Of a stretch of 64,000 nucleotides of DNA, positions 23,441-35,945 are shown piece by piece (position 1 is the stretch's first letter; each line of letters begins with the position of its first letter). The notes under the pieces are model-generated. The model saw nothing but the letters and a program-made list of their open reading frames with translations, did not search any database and was not told the origin of the DNA. A program made the translations under genes and the position numbers. The DNA is from Amoebidium appalachense (taxonomy: Eukaryota > Protista > Ichthyosporea): NCBI GenBank assembly GCA_963693365.1, contig CAVNZM010000003.1:15477675-15541674 (forward strand), written 5' to 3'.

Positions 23441-23816
23441 GGGGGGGGGAGGGGGGGGGGGGGAAGGGGGGGCGGGGAGGGGGGGGGGGGGGGGGGAGGG
23501 GGGAGGGAGAGGAGTCTGCGGGGGGGGAGAGGGAAAAAGGTAGGGAAAGGAAAAGAGAGGTGCTTGACGAGGAGGAGAGCCTCGGAACAACCCTCCGCTT
23601 CCCCCTTCTGCCCTCCCCCTCCCCCTCTCCCTCCCATTCCCCCTCTAAATACAAAGTTGAGCTTCATAAAAAATCTGATCCACTAACAAATAATTCTCAT
23701 GATATCATAGTGCATCTTATCTTTTCTAGATTGGTGCACAAAGAGGCCTGTCCCTCCCCCCCCCTCCCCCCCCCCCCCCCCTGCCCGCCGTCTCTCTCTC
23801 TCTCTCTCCCCCCCCC

Positions 23817-23847
<31 letters not shown>

Positions 23848-23943
23848 ACCACCACCACCACCACCACCACCACCCTCCCCTTCCTGGCAACACATGTGTG
23901 CTTGTGTGTGTGCGCGCGCTTTTTAATTTGGAGATGGAGAGAA

Positions 23944-23977
<34 letters not shown>

Positions 23978-24489
23978 ACGTCCCAAGAATTCTTCTTTTC
24001 GTCCTTTTTTTTTAAAAAAAAAAAAAAAAAAATTTTTTCAGGATGGACTGGGGCCAGGGACGAGGGAAAAGAGGGAGGGGGGAGGAGGGAGGGGGGAGGG
24101 GGGAGGAGGGGGGAGGGGGAGCTCGTCAGCACCTTTTTTTCCATTTCCAATTTTTTCCATGAACCCCAGGCACCTGGAATTTAACATAAACCATTTGATT
24201 GCTTGGTGGATAACTGGGCACATCTAACAGCAGCTAGGGGCTTAGGATGAGTCCTAGCCCATATATTCTGTCCCACAATCGATGCCCCGTTGCATTCACA
24301 ACCAGCTGATTACACTCCGGGTCAGTCCGGTGACCACCCAAACACATGCCTAGTGGCATAAAATGATGCATCCTGAACTGCTTGTTCTTTGCCCTCAAAG
24401 CCTGCAATGTTACAGTGCGAATGATCTTTGGCAAATGGCAAATGGTCGCCCCCAACAATGTTTGCTAATCTCCCCCCCCCCCCCTCCCC

Positions 24490-24520
<31 letters not shown>

Positions 24521-25227
24521 ACACATAACACCACCGTCCTAAACCCCCCGCTCAAACCTCACCACCAACCTGTCCACCACTCCCCACGAACCACTACCGC
24601 AGACCGCCACAATTAGTATGTGCATCTGTGATATGTACGGCACCCAAACAGTTACTATCCTTCCCGCTGCTGATTTTTTTTCTCACCATTTGATACCACG
24701 ATAAATATCAACCTGCACCCTATTCCGTTCTATGACACCATAGTTTTACTATGAGTCATCTGCAGTGCCAGCACGAAAAACTTGGCAAAGGAGGCTGCCT
24801 TTTAATTCAGCCCCTTTCCAACAACCACCTAATTGACTTCACCATTCTGGAATACTTTATTCATATGACTCATTAATAGCCGCTGCCTAAGGCCAGTGAT
24901 TTTTGTGGCCGTGTGCTGAGGGAATGATTCCTCTGGTGCTCAACAGTTGGTGTGCCCATTGTCGGACTGAGGTAGGGACAGGAAACGAGGTAGGTGGGCA
25001 AGGGATCAAGGTGGTGGTGGTGGTGGTGGGGGGGGGGATTCGGACAGGCAAGGGGCAAGGAGCAACCACCCAAACACTTTTGCAGAGTGAGTGTTGAAAG
25101 CCAGGAAAGGGACGACACAGTCTGATGGGCTTTCAGGTCGAATCGGCACATGCTATCATTCTTTCTTTCGTTTTCTTTTCCTTATTTTAGTCAATCAATA
25201 GATATTTTGATTAAATTTTGTGTGGGT

Positions 25228-25263
<36 letters not shown>

Positions 25264-25444
25264 AGGGAGGGGGTGGGGGGGAGAGGGGGTGGCAGTTAGG
25301 GCACCAGCCCGGACAGGCTACTAGGAGATTATGAAGGGTTTAAAAAGGGCGACACATCATAGAGGGGAGCGTGGTGGTGGCCGGTGATCATGACTGTGCT
25401 TGTTTCCTGCTGGGAATGGGTTAATTTTTTGTTTGGTGGTGGTG

Positions 25445-25494
<50 letters not shown>

Positions 25495-25596
25495 AGGGGT
25501 TGAGGGGGGGGGGAAGAGAGGGGGGGGGAGGGGGAGGGGGAGGGGGGGAGGGCGGGGGGAGGGGAGGGGGGGGAGGGGAGGGGGAGAGGGGGGGAG

Positions 25597-28500
25597 TGTC
25601 GAACAGGATAGCCATCCGGTATGCCCTGCGTTAGCGTAGCACTAGTGATCGGGAATATTCGAGATATTCGGGATAAACTGGTGGATAGGTTCACGATAGA
25701 TCAGGATAGATCTAGAAGAGTTTAGAAGATTCTATTGGAGTGCTTTGATTGGTAGCGACTAGATCCATAGCGGCGGGTAGACCAATCGGGAATAGTATGT
25801 AACATTCCAGTGAGCCAGACCACAAGTATATAAAGGTCCCGGCGGGCCAGTCAATGTAAGTCAGCAAATAATAAAGTCTCACAGAGAAACCTCTAAGTTA
25901 CGGTTACGGACCCAGTACAACGCTACGATCAAGCGACTGTTGAGACAAGATGGGAAGAGCAAAATGTCCAGTTCCCATGTATGAAGGAGAAGGCAAGGGC
26001 AAAATCTCCTACTCAATGTGGGCCATGCGCATGAAGTGCTTCCTCGAGGGCGAGGAATTATGGTACACGATTGAAGACGTGGCTCCTGAAGTGATAGGAG
26101 AGGACGGCGAACCGGTGGAGCAACCTCTGGTGGAGATCGACCCCTTGGACCAGAAGAAGGCGACTTCCTACCTGGTGGAGACACTAGGTGATGTACCTGC
26201 AAGCCTGTGTCGGCGAGCTATTGCCGTAGGAAATCCCAAGGACATATGGGATACGGTAGCATCATACGCTGCGCGCAACACAGATGAGCACAAGAGAATG
26301 TTGATTCAACAGTTCTGGCGTGCTGATATGATGCCGACGGAAAGCGTGCTGGAGTATGCGGCCCGTCTGGAGTGCATTGTGCAGGATCTTCTTCATATCG
26401 ACCCCAATGGAGTTAGTGAGGACATGGTTGCCGAGAAATTCCTGGACGGTGTAGGCGCTGACGACCGATTCCGCACCGACGTTAGGACCATTCAAGCTTT
26501 ACCAGCAGCTGAGAAGACAATGGAAAAGATAATCGCCAAGCTGCGTGGTTTTGAGGAGAACGAGGCTGCAAGGGAACAGCAGCGGGTGATGATGACCAGC
26601 ACCCAATGGCGCGGCGGTACGCCACGACAGGACACCGGCAAGCCGCGCGTGACTGACATATCCAAGGTGGAGTGTTACAAATGTCACAAGTTTGGGCACT
26701 ACAAGTCACAGTGTCCAAAGAAGAAGAAGGGCGGCAATCGCGGCGACAAGGCGAAGCAGAACGGAGCTTCCAAGGAGATACTCGCCATGGCGGTAAACAG
26801 CGGACTCCCTTCTTCAACTGAGTGGTATTGGGACTGCGGCGCAACCTCCCATGTCACATGCCGAAAGGACTGGATGGAAGACTTCCGGTCGATCACACCC
26901 AAACCCGTCGCTCTGGGTAACACCCCGGGTGTGATGGCGCTAGGAATAGGCGTCGTAAGATTAACAAGTGAGTTCCAGGGCAACAGCATGACATTTAGAC
27001 TGCAGAATGTGCTGTACGTGCCAGCATTTGGAACTAACGTGATGTCGGCTTCAAGCGCCGGCAAGCACGGGTTAAGAGGCATCACCGACGGTCGACAGTG
27101 TACGATTGAGAGTGCCACAGATGGCCAAGTTGTGGCCCGTGGGGTAGTGGAGGGAGGCCTGTATCGTCTCCTAGTGAAACCCGTATGTGAGAGCGTGAAC
27201 ATGGTGACCACTGCAGTCGGCAGCAGTGGGGGTAACACCGTGTGTGAGCCGGTAAAGGGCAGCGCCAGTTTATGGCACCGGCGGTTTGGTCATGTGGCAA
27301 TAAACACGCTACAGAAGATGGTTAAAGAAAACATCGTCGAGGGTCTGTGCATCGACTGCAAAACCCAGGATGACGGTGTGTGCGAGGGATGCGCGAGAGG
27401 GAAGCAAGCCCGGCTCTCTTTCAGTAAGCTACCCCGCAAGACAGCGCCAGCGAAGCTCGACAGAGTTCATTCTGATGTGGCAGGACCGTTCAACAAGGAG
27501 TCGCTGCAAGGTTCCAAGTATTATGTCACCTTCATCGACGACAAGACAAGGTTCACTACGGTGTACTTCATGAAACATAAATCCCAAGTGCATACTTACT
27601 TCAAGAAGTACAAGGCACACGTAGAGAAGCAACACGGTGCCAGCATCAAGATTCTGCGTTCCGACAACGGGGGTGAGTACACCTCCACTGAGTTCAAGTC
27701 GTTCCTGGAAGCGTGCGGCATTGAACATGAGGCGACAGTCCCTTACACACCAGAGCAGAATGGTGTAGCAGAGAGGGCTAACAGGACCATTGTCGAGACG
27801 GCGCGCTGCATGCTGCAGTCAGCAGGCATGAGTATGGGGTTCTGGCAGCTAGCAGTACAGGCAGCTGTGTACATCAAGAACCTGACGCCAACCACAGTAC
27901 TGGGTGGCATGACACCTTGGGAGGCATGGTATGGAGAGAAGCCCGATGTTAGCCATCTACGTGTATTTGGTAGCAAGGCATTTGTCCATGTGCCGAAGGA
28001 CGAGCGCAGGAAGCTAGACGCCAAGAGTCGGGAGTGTAAATTCGTCGGCTACACAGGTGACAGCAAGACGTACTTGTTGTGGGACACCGAGGCGCGCAAG
28101 ACTATCGTCGGGCGAGATGTGGTGATCGATGAATCATGCACCCCAAAGGCCGGTATTCCGGTGGTGCAAGATGAGCCAATGGAATTGCTGATGCATAAGC
28201 CAATCGGAAATCAGCAGAGCTTGGAATCGAGGGATCCAATCAGCGCCAAGAAGCAACATTCCTTTCGGAAGTCTACAATCGGCACTGACAGTGGATATGA
28301 TTCAGATGCTATCGGCGACGGCGCGGGCGAGGACAGCGGCGATTCGGACGCGGCAGGGTCAGGAGACGAGGAAGATAGTGCAGAGTTGCAGGTTGCAACC
28401 AGAAGTGCCTATCCGTCTATGACTACAAGGCGCGGTGGGACCTACGGCATCAACGCAGGTGTAGTAGAGTACCGCGACAGTATCAGCATGGCAATTGAGA

Positions 28501-30525
28501 GTGCTGATAGCAATGAGGATGACCCTGTGACACTGGAAGAAGCAATCTCCAGGCCAGATGGTGCAAAGTGGAAGGCTGCGCTGGACGAGGAGTACGAATC
28601 TCTAGTCAAGAATGGGACATGGTCACTGGTGCCACTCCCACCAGGTCGTCGGGCAGTTTCCTTCAAGTGGGTCTTCAAGATGAAACGCAACGCCGACGGC
28701 AGTGTCGAGCGCTACAAGGCCCGTGGTGTGGCCAGGGGCTTCTCTCAGCAAGAGGGGATAGACTACGAAGAGACCTTTGCCCCGGTGGCCAAGTTCACCA
28801 GCTTCAGACTTCTCTTCGCTATGGCAGCGGCAGAGAACATGCACCTCACACAAATAGATATCGTCACGGCGTTCCTGAACGGCGACATCAAGGAAGAGCT
28901 GTACATGCAGCAACCGCGTGGGTACGAGGTACCCGGAAAGGAAGACTATGTGTGTCGTTTGCACAAAAGTCTGTATGGCCTCAAGCAAGCAGCAAGGTGC
29001 TGGAATGAGAAGATGCATGAGGCTATGGTCGATCTTGGCTTCACACGTGTGGAAGCTGATCGATGTGTCTACTTCAAGGTCAACGGAAGTGGAAAGACGG
29101 TGGTGGCTGTGCATGTGGACGACATGCTAGTGGCGGCGTCGACAGATGATCTTATTCAAGAATTCGTCAGGCAGGTTGCGACGAAGTTCTCCGTCAAGGT
29201 GATCGGCGAGCCAAAGCTGCTACTCGGTGTGCAGGTCAGTCGTGACGCTGCAACAGGCGATATAAAATTGTCACAGGAAACGTACATCAAGTCATTGATG
29301 CGGCGCTTCAACATGGTCGACTGCAAGGCTAAGTCAACACCGCTACCGGAGCGATGCGTGTTGAGCAAGGCCATGAGTCCGGCAAGCGAGGAGGAGAGAG
29401 TGGCGATGCGGCAAGTTCCTTATGCCAGAGCTGTGGGCTCCTTAATGTACGCAATGGTGGCCACCCGGCCAGACATTGCACAAGCAGTGGGGGAACTTAG
29501 TAAGTTCGTGAGCAACCCGGGACTTCAACACTGGGACGCAGCCAAACATCTTCTCCGGTACCTCAAGGGGACAACCAACTACGGGATTGTCTACCGCGGA
29601 GGACGAGGAGGGAGTACAACAGTGGAGGGATTCACTGACTCCGATTACGCTGGCAACTCCGACGACCGTAAGTCGACGAGCGGATACATCTTCACTGCCA
29701 ATGGATCTGCCATCAGCTGGGGCAGCAAGCAACAGAAGACTGTGGCTACTTCATCTACAGAGGCGGAGTATATGGCTACGTGCCTGGCAGTCAAAGAGGC
29801 TAAGTGGCTACGACAGCTGCTGGGGCAGCTGGGCTACGATATGAGTGAGGCGACCATCGTCTACGCCGACAACCAGGCCAGCATCAAGCTTGCAAGGAAC
29901 CCGATGCTCCATAACAGGAGCAAACACATCGACGTTCAGTACCACTACACCCGTGAGTGAGTGGAGAATGGGGATGTAGAACTTGTGTATTGCAGCACGA
30001 ACAGTAACGTGGCCGACATGTGCACCAAAGCTTTAGGGAGACTTAAGTTGGTGCAGCATCGGCAGGCCATCGGCATGGCTGAGTAAGAACTACAAATAGT
30101 GTAGTGTTAATGTTCGTGTAGTAGGTGTTATATGTGTTAGTATAGTAGCATAGTTTTAGAGTTGCATCTTAGGTTTAGGTTGCATGCGGTACATAGATAG
30201 AACACAGTGCAAGTGGGGGTGTCGAACAGGATAGCCATCCGGTATGCCCTGCGTTAGCGTAGCACTAGTGATCGGGAATATTCGAGATATTCGGGATAAA
30301 CTGGTGGATAGGTTCACGATAGATCAGGATAGATCTAGAAGAGTCTAGAAGATTCTATTGGAGTGCTTTGATTGGTAGCGACTAGATCCATAGCGGCGGG
30401 TAGACCAATCGGGAATAGTATGTAACATTCCAGTGAGCCAGACCACAAGTACATAAAGGTCCCGGCGGGCCAGTCAATGTAAGTCAGCAAATAATAAAGT
30501 CTCACAGAGAAACCTCTAAGTTACA
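25597..30525 (+). mobile_element. Full-length Ty1/copia LTR retrotransposon
   Basis: 306-bp LTRs at 25597-25902 and 30220-30525 (TG...CA at the outer ends, ~3 differences). 5-bp TSD GGGAG at 25592-25596/30526-30530. Copia-like PBS GGTTACGGACCCAG at 25902-25915; PPT AAGTGGGGG before the 3' LTR. Confidence 0.97.
25950..30086 (+). pseudogene. Copia gag-pol polyprotein with one in-frame TGA (29958-29960) in RNase H
   Basis: CCHC knuckle CYKCHKFGHYKSQC, protease WYWDCGAT, WHRRFGH..CEGC, integrase SDNGGEY/QNGVAERANR, RT HVDD, RNase H TDSDYAG/EAEY/RSKHID. The frame continues past the TGA to VADMCTKAL and TAA at 30084-30086. Confidence 0.93.
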
Positions 30526-31321
30526 GGGAGGGGGGGGGAGGGGGAGAGGGGCAGATTTCTTTGCGACACGGGTCGTGGTATGGGATCCAAGTGGTGGCCA
30601 TGATTGAATAGTTGTTTCAACACTCACTCGAGTGCATAGAGCTTTTGTTTACGGTCATATTCATATACGGTTATGTTTGAGTCAAAACTGTACCGGTGAC
30701 GAGCTTCACTAGCAACCTGCTAATTGTGCTCATTAATTAATATTCCCGGTTCAGATGATGTCATGTCTATATTTGCCACAGGATTCTATTCTTAGAGTGG
30801 TAGTGTGCTTTATTCCCGGGTATTCTCAGATTATATTTAGTTGTTTGTAGTTTTACGTTTAACTGCAATTGGTGTGTTAAACACGTTTATTTGTGTGCTT
30901 TGGTGCAAGTTAACTAGCCACTCATCGTGCACAGTTAACTTTTATATCTTTAACGACTTGTTTTCATTGTGCTCTCTTTTCGGCCATGCTGTACATGGCC
31001 CACCACCAGGGTGCACACGAGGCCACCATGTGGTGGCCAACGACTATATAAAGCAGTGCCTCTCATGCCACAAGCATGGGAAGCAGAACGTTTGATTTAC
31101 ACTTTTCTATTTCGTTTTCAGTGCACAAAACACAGATTAGTTACCCATCATACACGACACTATGTCTGACAACTTACAGTTGCAGCAACTAGTCCAACTA
31201 CTGGGGCAGAGGTTGGCCTCACAAGATGCAATCATTTCTGACTTACAGAAGGAACAACGTGCACTAGAACTAGCTTCTATGAACACAACGTCCAACAGGA
31301 GGGGGAGGGAAGGGGCGGGGG

Positions 31322-31351
<30 letters not shown>

Positions 31352-31352
<1 letters not shown>

Positions 31353-33819
31353 GTTGGAGTGCAGACTTACGCTCACTCCACAATATGTGTATGTTAGCTT
31401 TACAATTGGTTCCGTGTACACAGACACACGCTGACACTCGATCACCACATGCACATCTGCATAGTTGAGGAATGTTGCCAATTGTGTTTTGACTGCAAAC
31501 GATTGGTTCACTGGTCCCAGAGATCTCTAAATGAAAGTAACCAATCCGATTAGCGCCTGGCATCCGGATTACATTCCAGACTGCTGCCCCACGGGTATAT
31601 AAGCCACGGCTCTGCCAGGTGCAGAAATGGAGTTCAGTCATGGAGTAAAGACATGGAGTTCAGTCATGGAGTTAACACACTGAAAGCAGTAAAAAAACGG
31701 GTCAGCGCCCAAGCGCGCCACGACGAGGGCCTAGTCACAGCGGACTCTACTTCCAACAGGGTTATGGGCCCAGACACGACACCGCGGCCTCTAACTTCAC
31801 GTCCCCTACGACGCCTTGAACGGAGGAGCCAGAAACCGACTTCTAGGCTGTACCCTACACCCGCGAGCGTATTTCCGTGAAGTAGAGACTTTCGCTTCCA
31901 CAAACTCCATCCGCAGCAGCCTGCGACATCAACGTCAAGTATTCCACTTCATTGGCGGGGCACGCACCACAGTGGAATGCACACCCCGGTCTACCCTGCA
32001 AGCAGCCACACTCACTCTCTCTTCTCTAGTGGTGTGTACACTTCTCCAATTGGGTAGGGGTGTTGGAGTGCAGACTTACGCTCACTCCACTATATGTGTA
32101 TGTTAGCTTTACAATTGGTTCCGTGTACATAGACACATGCTGACACTCGATCACCACATGCACATCTGCATAGTTGAGGAATGTTGCCAATTGTGTTTTG
32201 GCTGCAAACGATTGGTTCACTGGTCCCAGAGATATCTAAATGAAAGTAACCAATCCGATTAGCGCCTGGCATCCGGATTACATTCCAGACTGCTGCCCCA
32301 CGGGTATATAAGCCACGTCTCTGCCAGGTGCAGACATGGAGTTCAGTCATGGAGTTAACACACTGAAAGCAGTAAAAAACGGGTCAGCGCCCAAGCGCGC
32401 CACGACGACCCTAGTCACAGCGGACTCTACTTCCAACAGGGTTATGGGCCCAGACACGACACCGCGGCCTCTAACTTCATTAGAGACTTTCGCTTCCACA
32501 AACTCCATCCGCAGCAGCCTGCGACATCAACGTCAAGTATTCCACTTCATTGGCGGGGCACGCACCACAGTGGAATGCACACCCCGGTCTACCCTGCAAG
32601 CAGCCACACTCACTCTCTCTTCTCTAGTGGTGTGTACACTTCTCCAATTGGGTAGGGGTGTTGGAGTGCAGACTTACGCTCACTCCACAATATGTGTATG
32701 TTAGCTTTACAATTGGTTCCGTGTACACAGACACACGCTGACACTCGATCACCACATGCACATCTGCATAGTTGAGGAATGTTGCCAATTGTGTTTTGAC
32801 TGCAAACGATTGGTTCACTGGTCCCAGAGATCTCTAAATGAAAGTAACCAATCCGATTAGCGCCTGGCATCCGGATTACATTCCAGACTGCTGCCCCACG
32901 GGTATATAAACCACGGCTCTGCCAGGTGCAGAAATGGAGTTCAGTCATGGAGTTCAGACATGGAGTTAAGTCATGGAGTGCAGACATGGAGTTCAGACAT
33001 GGAGTTAAGTCATGGAGTTCAGACATGGAGTTAAGTCATGGAGTTCAGTCATGCGCCCAAGCGCGCCACGACGACCCTAGTCACAGCGGACTCTACTTCC
33101 AACAGGGTTATGGGCCCAGACACGACACCGCGGCCTCTAACTTCACGTCCCCTACGACGCCTTGAACGGAGGAGCCAGAAACCGACTTCTAGGCTGTACC
33201 CTACACCCGCGAGCGTATTTCCGTGAAGTAGAGACTTTCGCTTCCACAAACTCCATCCGCAGCAGCCTGCGACATCAATGTGAACGTCAAGTATTCCACT
33301 TCATTGGCGGGGCACGCACCACAGTGGAATGCACACCCCGGTCTACCCTGCAAGCAGCCACACTCACTCTCTCTTCTCTAGTGGTGTGTACACTTCTCCA
33401 ATTGGGTAGGGGTGTTGGAGTGCAGACTTACGCTCACTCCACAATATGTGTATGTTAGCTTTACAATTGGTTCCGTGTACACAGACACACGCTGACACTC
33501 GATCACCACATGCACATCTGCATAGTTGAGGAATGTTGCCAATTGTGTTTTGACTGCAAACGATTGGTTCACTGGTCCCAGAGATCTCTAAATGAAAGTA
33601 ACCAATCCGATTAGCGCCTGGCATCCGGATTACATTCCAGACTGCTGCCCCACGGGTATATAAGCCACGGCTCTGCCAGGTGCAGAAATGGAGTTCAGTC
33701 ATGGAGTAAAGACATGGAGTTCAGTCATGGAGTTAACACACTGAAAGCAGTAAAAAAACGGGTCAGCGCCCAAGCGCGCCACGACGAGGGCCTAGTCACA
33801 GCGGACTCTACTTCCAACA
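31352..33819 (+). mobile_element. Tandem-array TRIM (non-autonomous LTR element): 4 LTRs and 3 non-coding internal regions
   Basis: LTRs TGTTGGAG...TTCCAACA at 31352-31758, 32061-32438, 32659-33104, 33413-33819. PBS GGTTATGGGCCCAG (copia-type, internal tRNAiMet) after LTR1-3; PPT GGGTAGGGG before LTR2-4; TATATAA inside the LTR; TSD GGGAG at 31347-31351/33820-33824. Confidence 0.92.
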
Positions 33820-33927
33820 GGGAGGGGGGGGGGGGGGGGGGAGGGGGCGGTTTGGGGCAGCAGGGGGTGGGGGTGGGGGGTAAGCGGGGGAGGGAGGGAG
33901 GGGAGAGGGGATCAAGGGGATTTTTTT

Positions 33928-33958
<31 letters not shown>

Positions 33959-34027
33959 GGGGGGGCGACTCGTGAGCGATCTGGGAATGGGCTTTTGGGG
34001 GAGGGGGAGGGCCCAGTGGGAGGGGCA

Positions 34028-34061
<34 letters not shown>

Positions 34062-34186
34062 GTAGCAGTTGCTAAGTCATAGAGGTGAAATAAGGCAATC
34101 CGTGGAGGCCGCGAGAATGCAACTGAGTAAAGGGAGGGAAAAGTTGACAAGAGGTGGCGGTGATGTGTGTGGGTAGGCTCTCCCCG

Positions 34187-34242
<56 letters not shown>

Positions 34243-35024
34243 TATGTGGCAGATCACTTCAGAAGCGGTTCGGGATGCTTTGTGCATGTGGAAAGGGACA
34301 GAAGTGGTGGCCACGATGCTTATGTTTTGTTATGGTTTTTCCTGCTACTTCTTTCCTTTTTTGTTTCACTCTTTCACTTTAAAATTTGGTGGAGGGAGAA
34401 TTCTTGGGAGAACGGCAAGGGGAGGGGAGGGAAGCTTGCCCTGTTATGATGGAGGGCATACAGAAATGTCATCAACAGTTCGAGTCGGTGCGCAGGCACA
34501 ACAGATTTTGCCTGGGCAGTTGTTTGCTATGTCGTATGCAGCACATCTAGCAGACGCTAAGGGAATCAGAGTATTGACAGCCCACATACTGTACCACAAT
34601 CACAGCCCCTAAGGCTCTCTTTGCATTGACTAGCAGCTGGCTTGCTTCCGTCAGTCGGGTGACCACCCACAAGCATGCTTGCACACTGTGCACTGACTGT
34701 TTGCTCATCCTGGATGTCGTCGGTCATCAGCCACGGTGGTGGGTCACAGAACATACCAAATGGCCAAAACGTCACCCATAGCAATTGCTGACTCATGATA
34801 TAACCCTTTCCTAACTATACCCCCCTGCTCCCTGCTCCCTTTTCGGCCCCCGGGGCCTTCACCGTTGACTTCGTTTATTTTGTCTGTGTGTCACTTGGAT
34901 GACAATAGAGCCATGAGATTTCAAGTTGATGTTCCCGTTTCCGTATAAAGGAGGAAGACGCATCATGAGGTGGAGAGGGGTGCGAGCGGAGTATGTCCAT
35001 GGCCATGGGCGAGTGTGGGAGGGT

Positions 35025-35365
35025 GTTAAGGGCGGGAGGGAGAGAGGGAGGGAGGGAGAGGGAGGGAAGGAGGGAGAGAGAGGGAGTGAGGGAGGGAGGG
35101 GGTGAGGGAGGGAGGGAGGGAGGGTGTTAGGGGCGGGAGGGAGAGAGGGAGGGAGGGAGTGAGTGAGGGAGGGAGGGAGAGAGGGAGGGAGGGAGGGAGT
35201 GAGTGAGTGAGGGAGTGAGGGAGGGTGTTAGGGCCGGGAGGGAAAGTGGGAGGGAGGGAGAGAGGGAGGGAGGGAGGGAGGGAGGGAGGGAGGGAGGGAG
35301 GGAGGGAGGGAGGGAGGGAGGGTGAGGGAGGGGGGAGGGGGGAGGGAGAGGGGAGGGGGGAGGGA
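35025..35365. repeat. (GGGA)n purine-rich microsatellite
   Basis: Direct inspection. Confidence 0.8.
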
Positions 35366-35907
35366 TAGAGATTGGAGAACGAGGGAGAAAGGGGGAGAAA
35401 GGGAGAGGAGGAGAAGGGAGGACCCCCCTCCCACCCCCCTTCCCCCCCTCCCCCAACGTCTTGCCTAATATTTGGATTCTGGCGATAAAACTTGGAGTAT
35501 TTATTTTAAAAACAATCCTATCATGAATATCTATGTCGTTCTCTTTTTCAGAATGGGGTAGAGGGTGAAAGGTGGAGGGTTGAAGTATGGAAGCCTAGGG
35601 AGGGAAAATAATGATAAAGGAGAGATTCACTGCGACAATTGAAATGGCAGTGGTGGTGGCAGGTGAATGTGCTTGTGCCCTGCTGGAAGTGGTCTTTTTT
35701 GTTTTGGTGGTGGTTTGTGTGTGTGTGTGTGGGGGTGGTGGGGGGGGGAGGGGGGGGGGAGGGGGAAGGTGTTTGTGGTGGTGGTGGTGGTGGGGGGGGG
35801 GGGGGGGGGGGGGGCTTAATGGCTTTTCTTTCTTTTACTTTTTTGGGGAAGACAAATCAAGAAGATGGGGAGGTGTGCGGGTATGTGTGTGTGTGTGTGG
35901 TGGTGGG

Positions 35908-35945
<38 letters not shown>

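Noticed and set aside
29958-29960. Programmed readthrough or selenocysteine at the copia TGA
   Set aside because: It lies in mid-RNase H with no recognisable recoding signal; a point mutation is simpler.
31352-33819. CRISPR array or satellite interpretation of the tandem repeat
   Set aside because: Units are hundreds of bp with no unique spacers, and show TG...CA LTRs, PBS, PPT and TSD.
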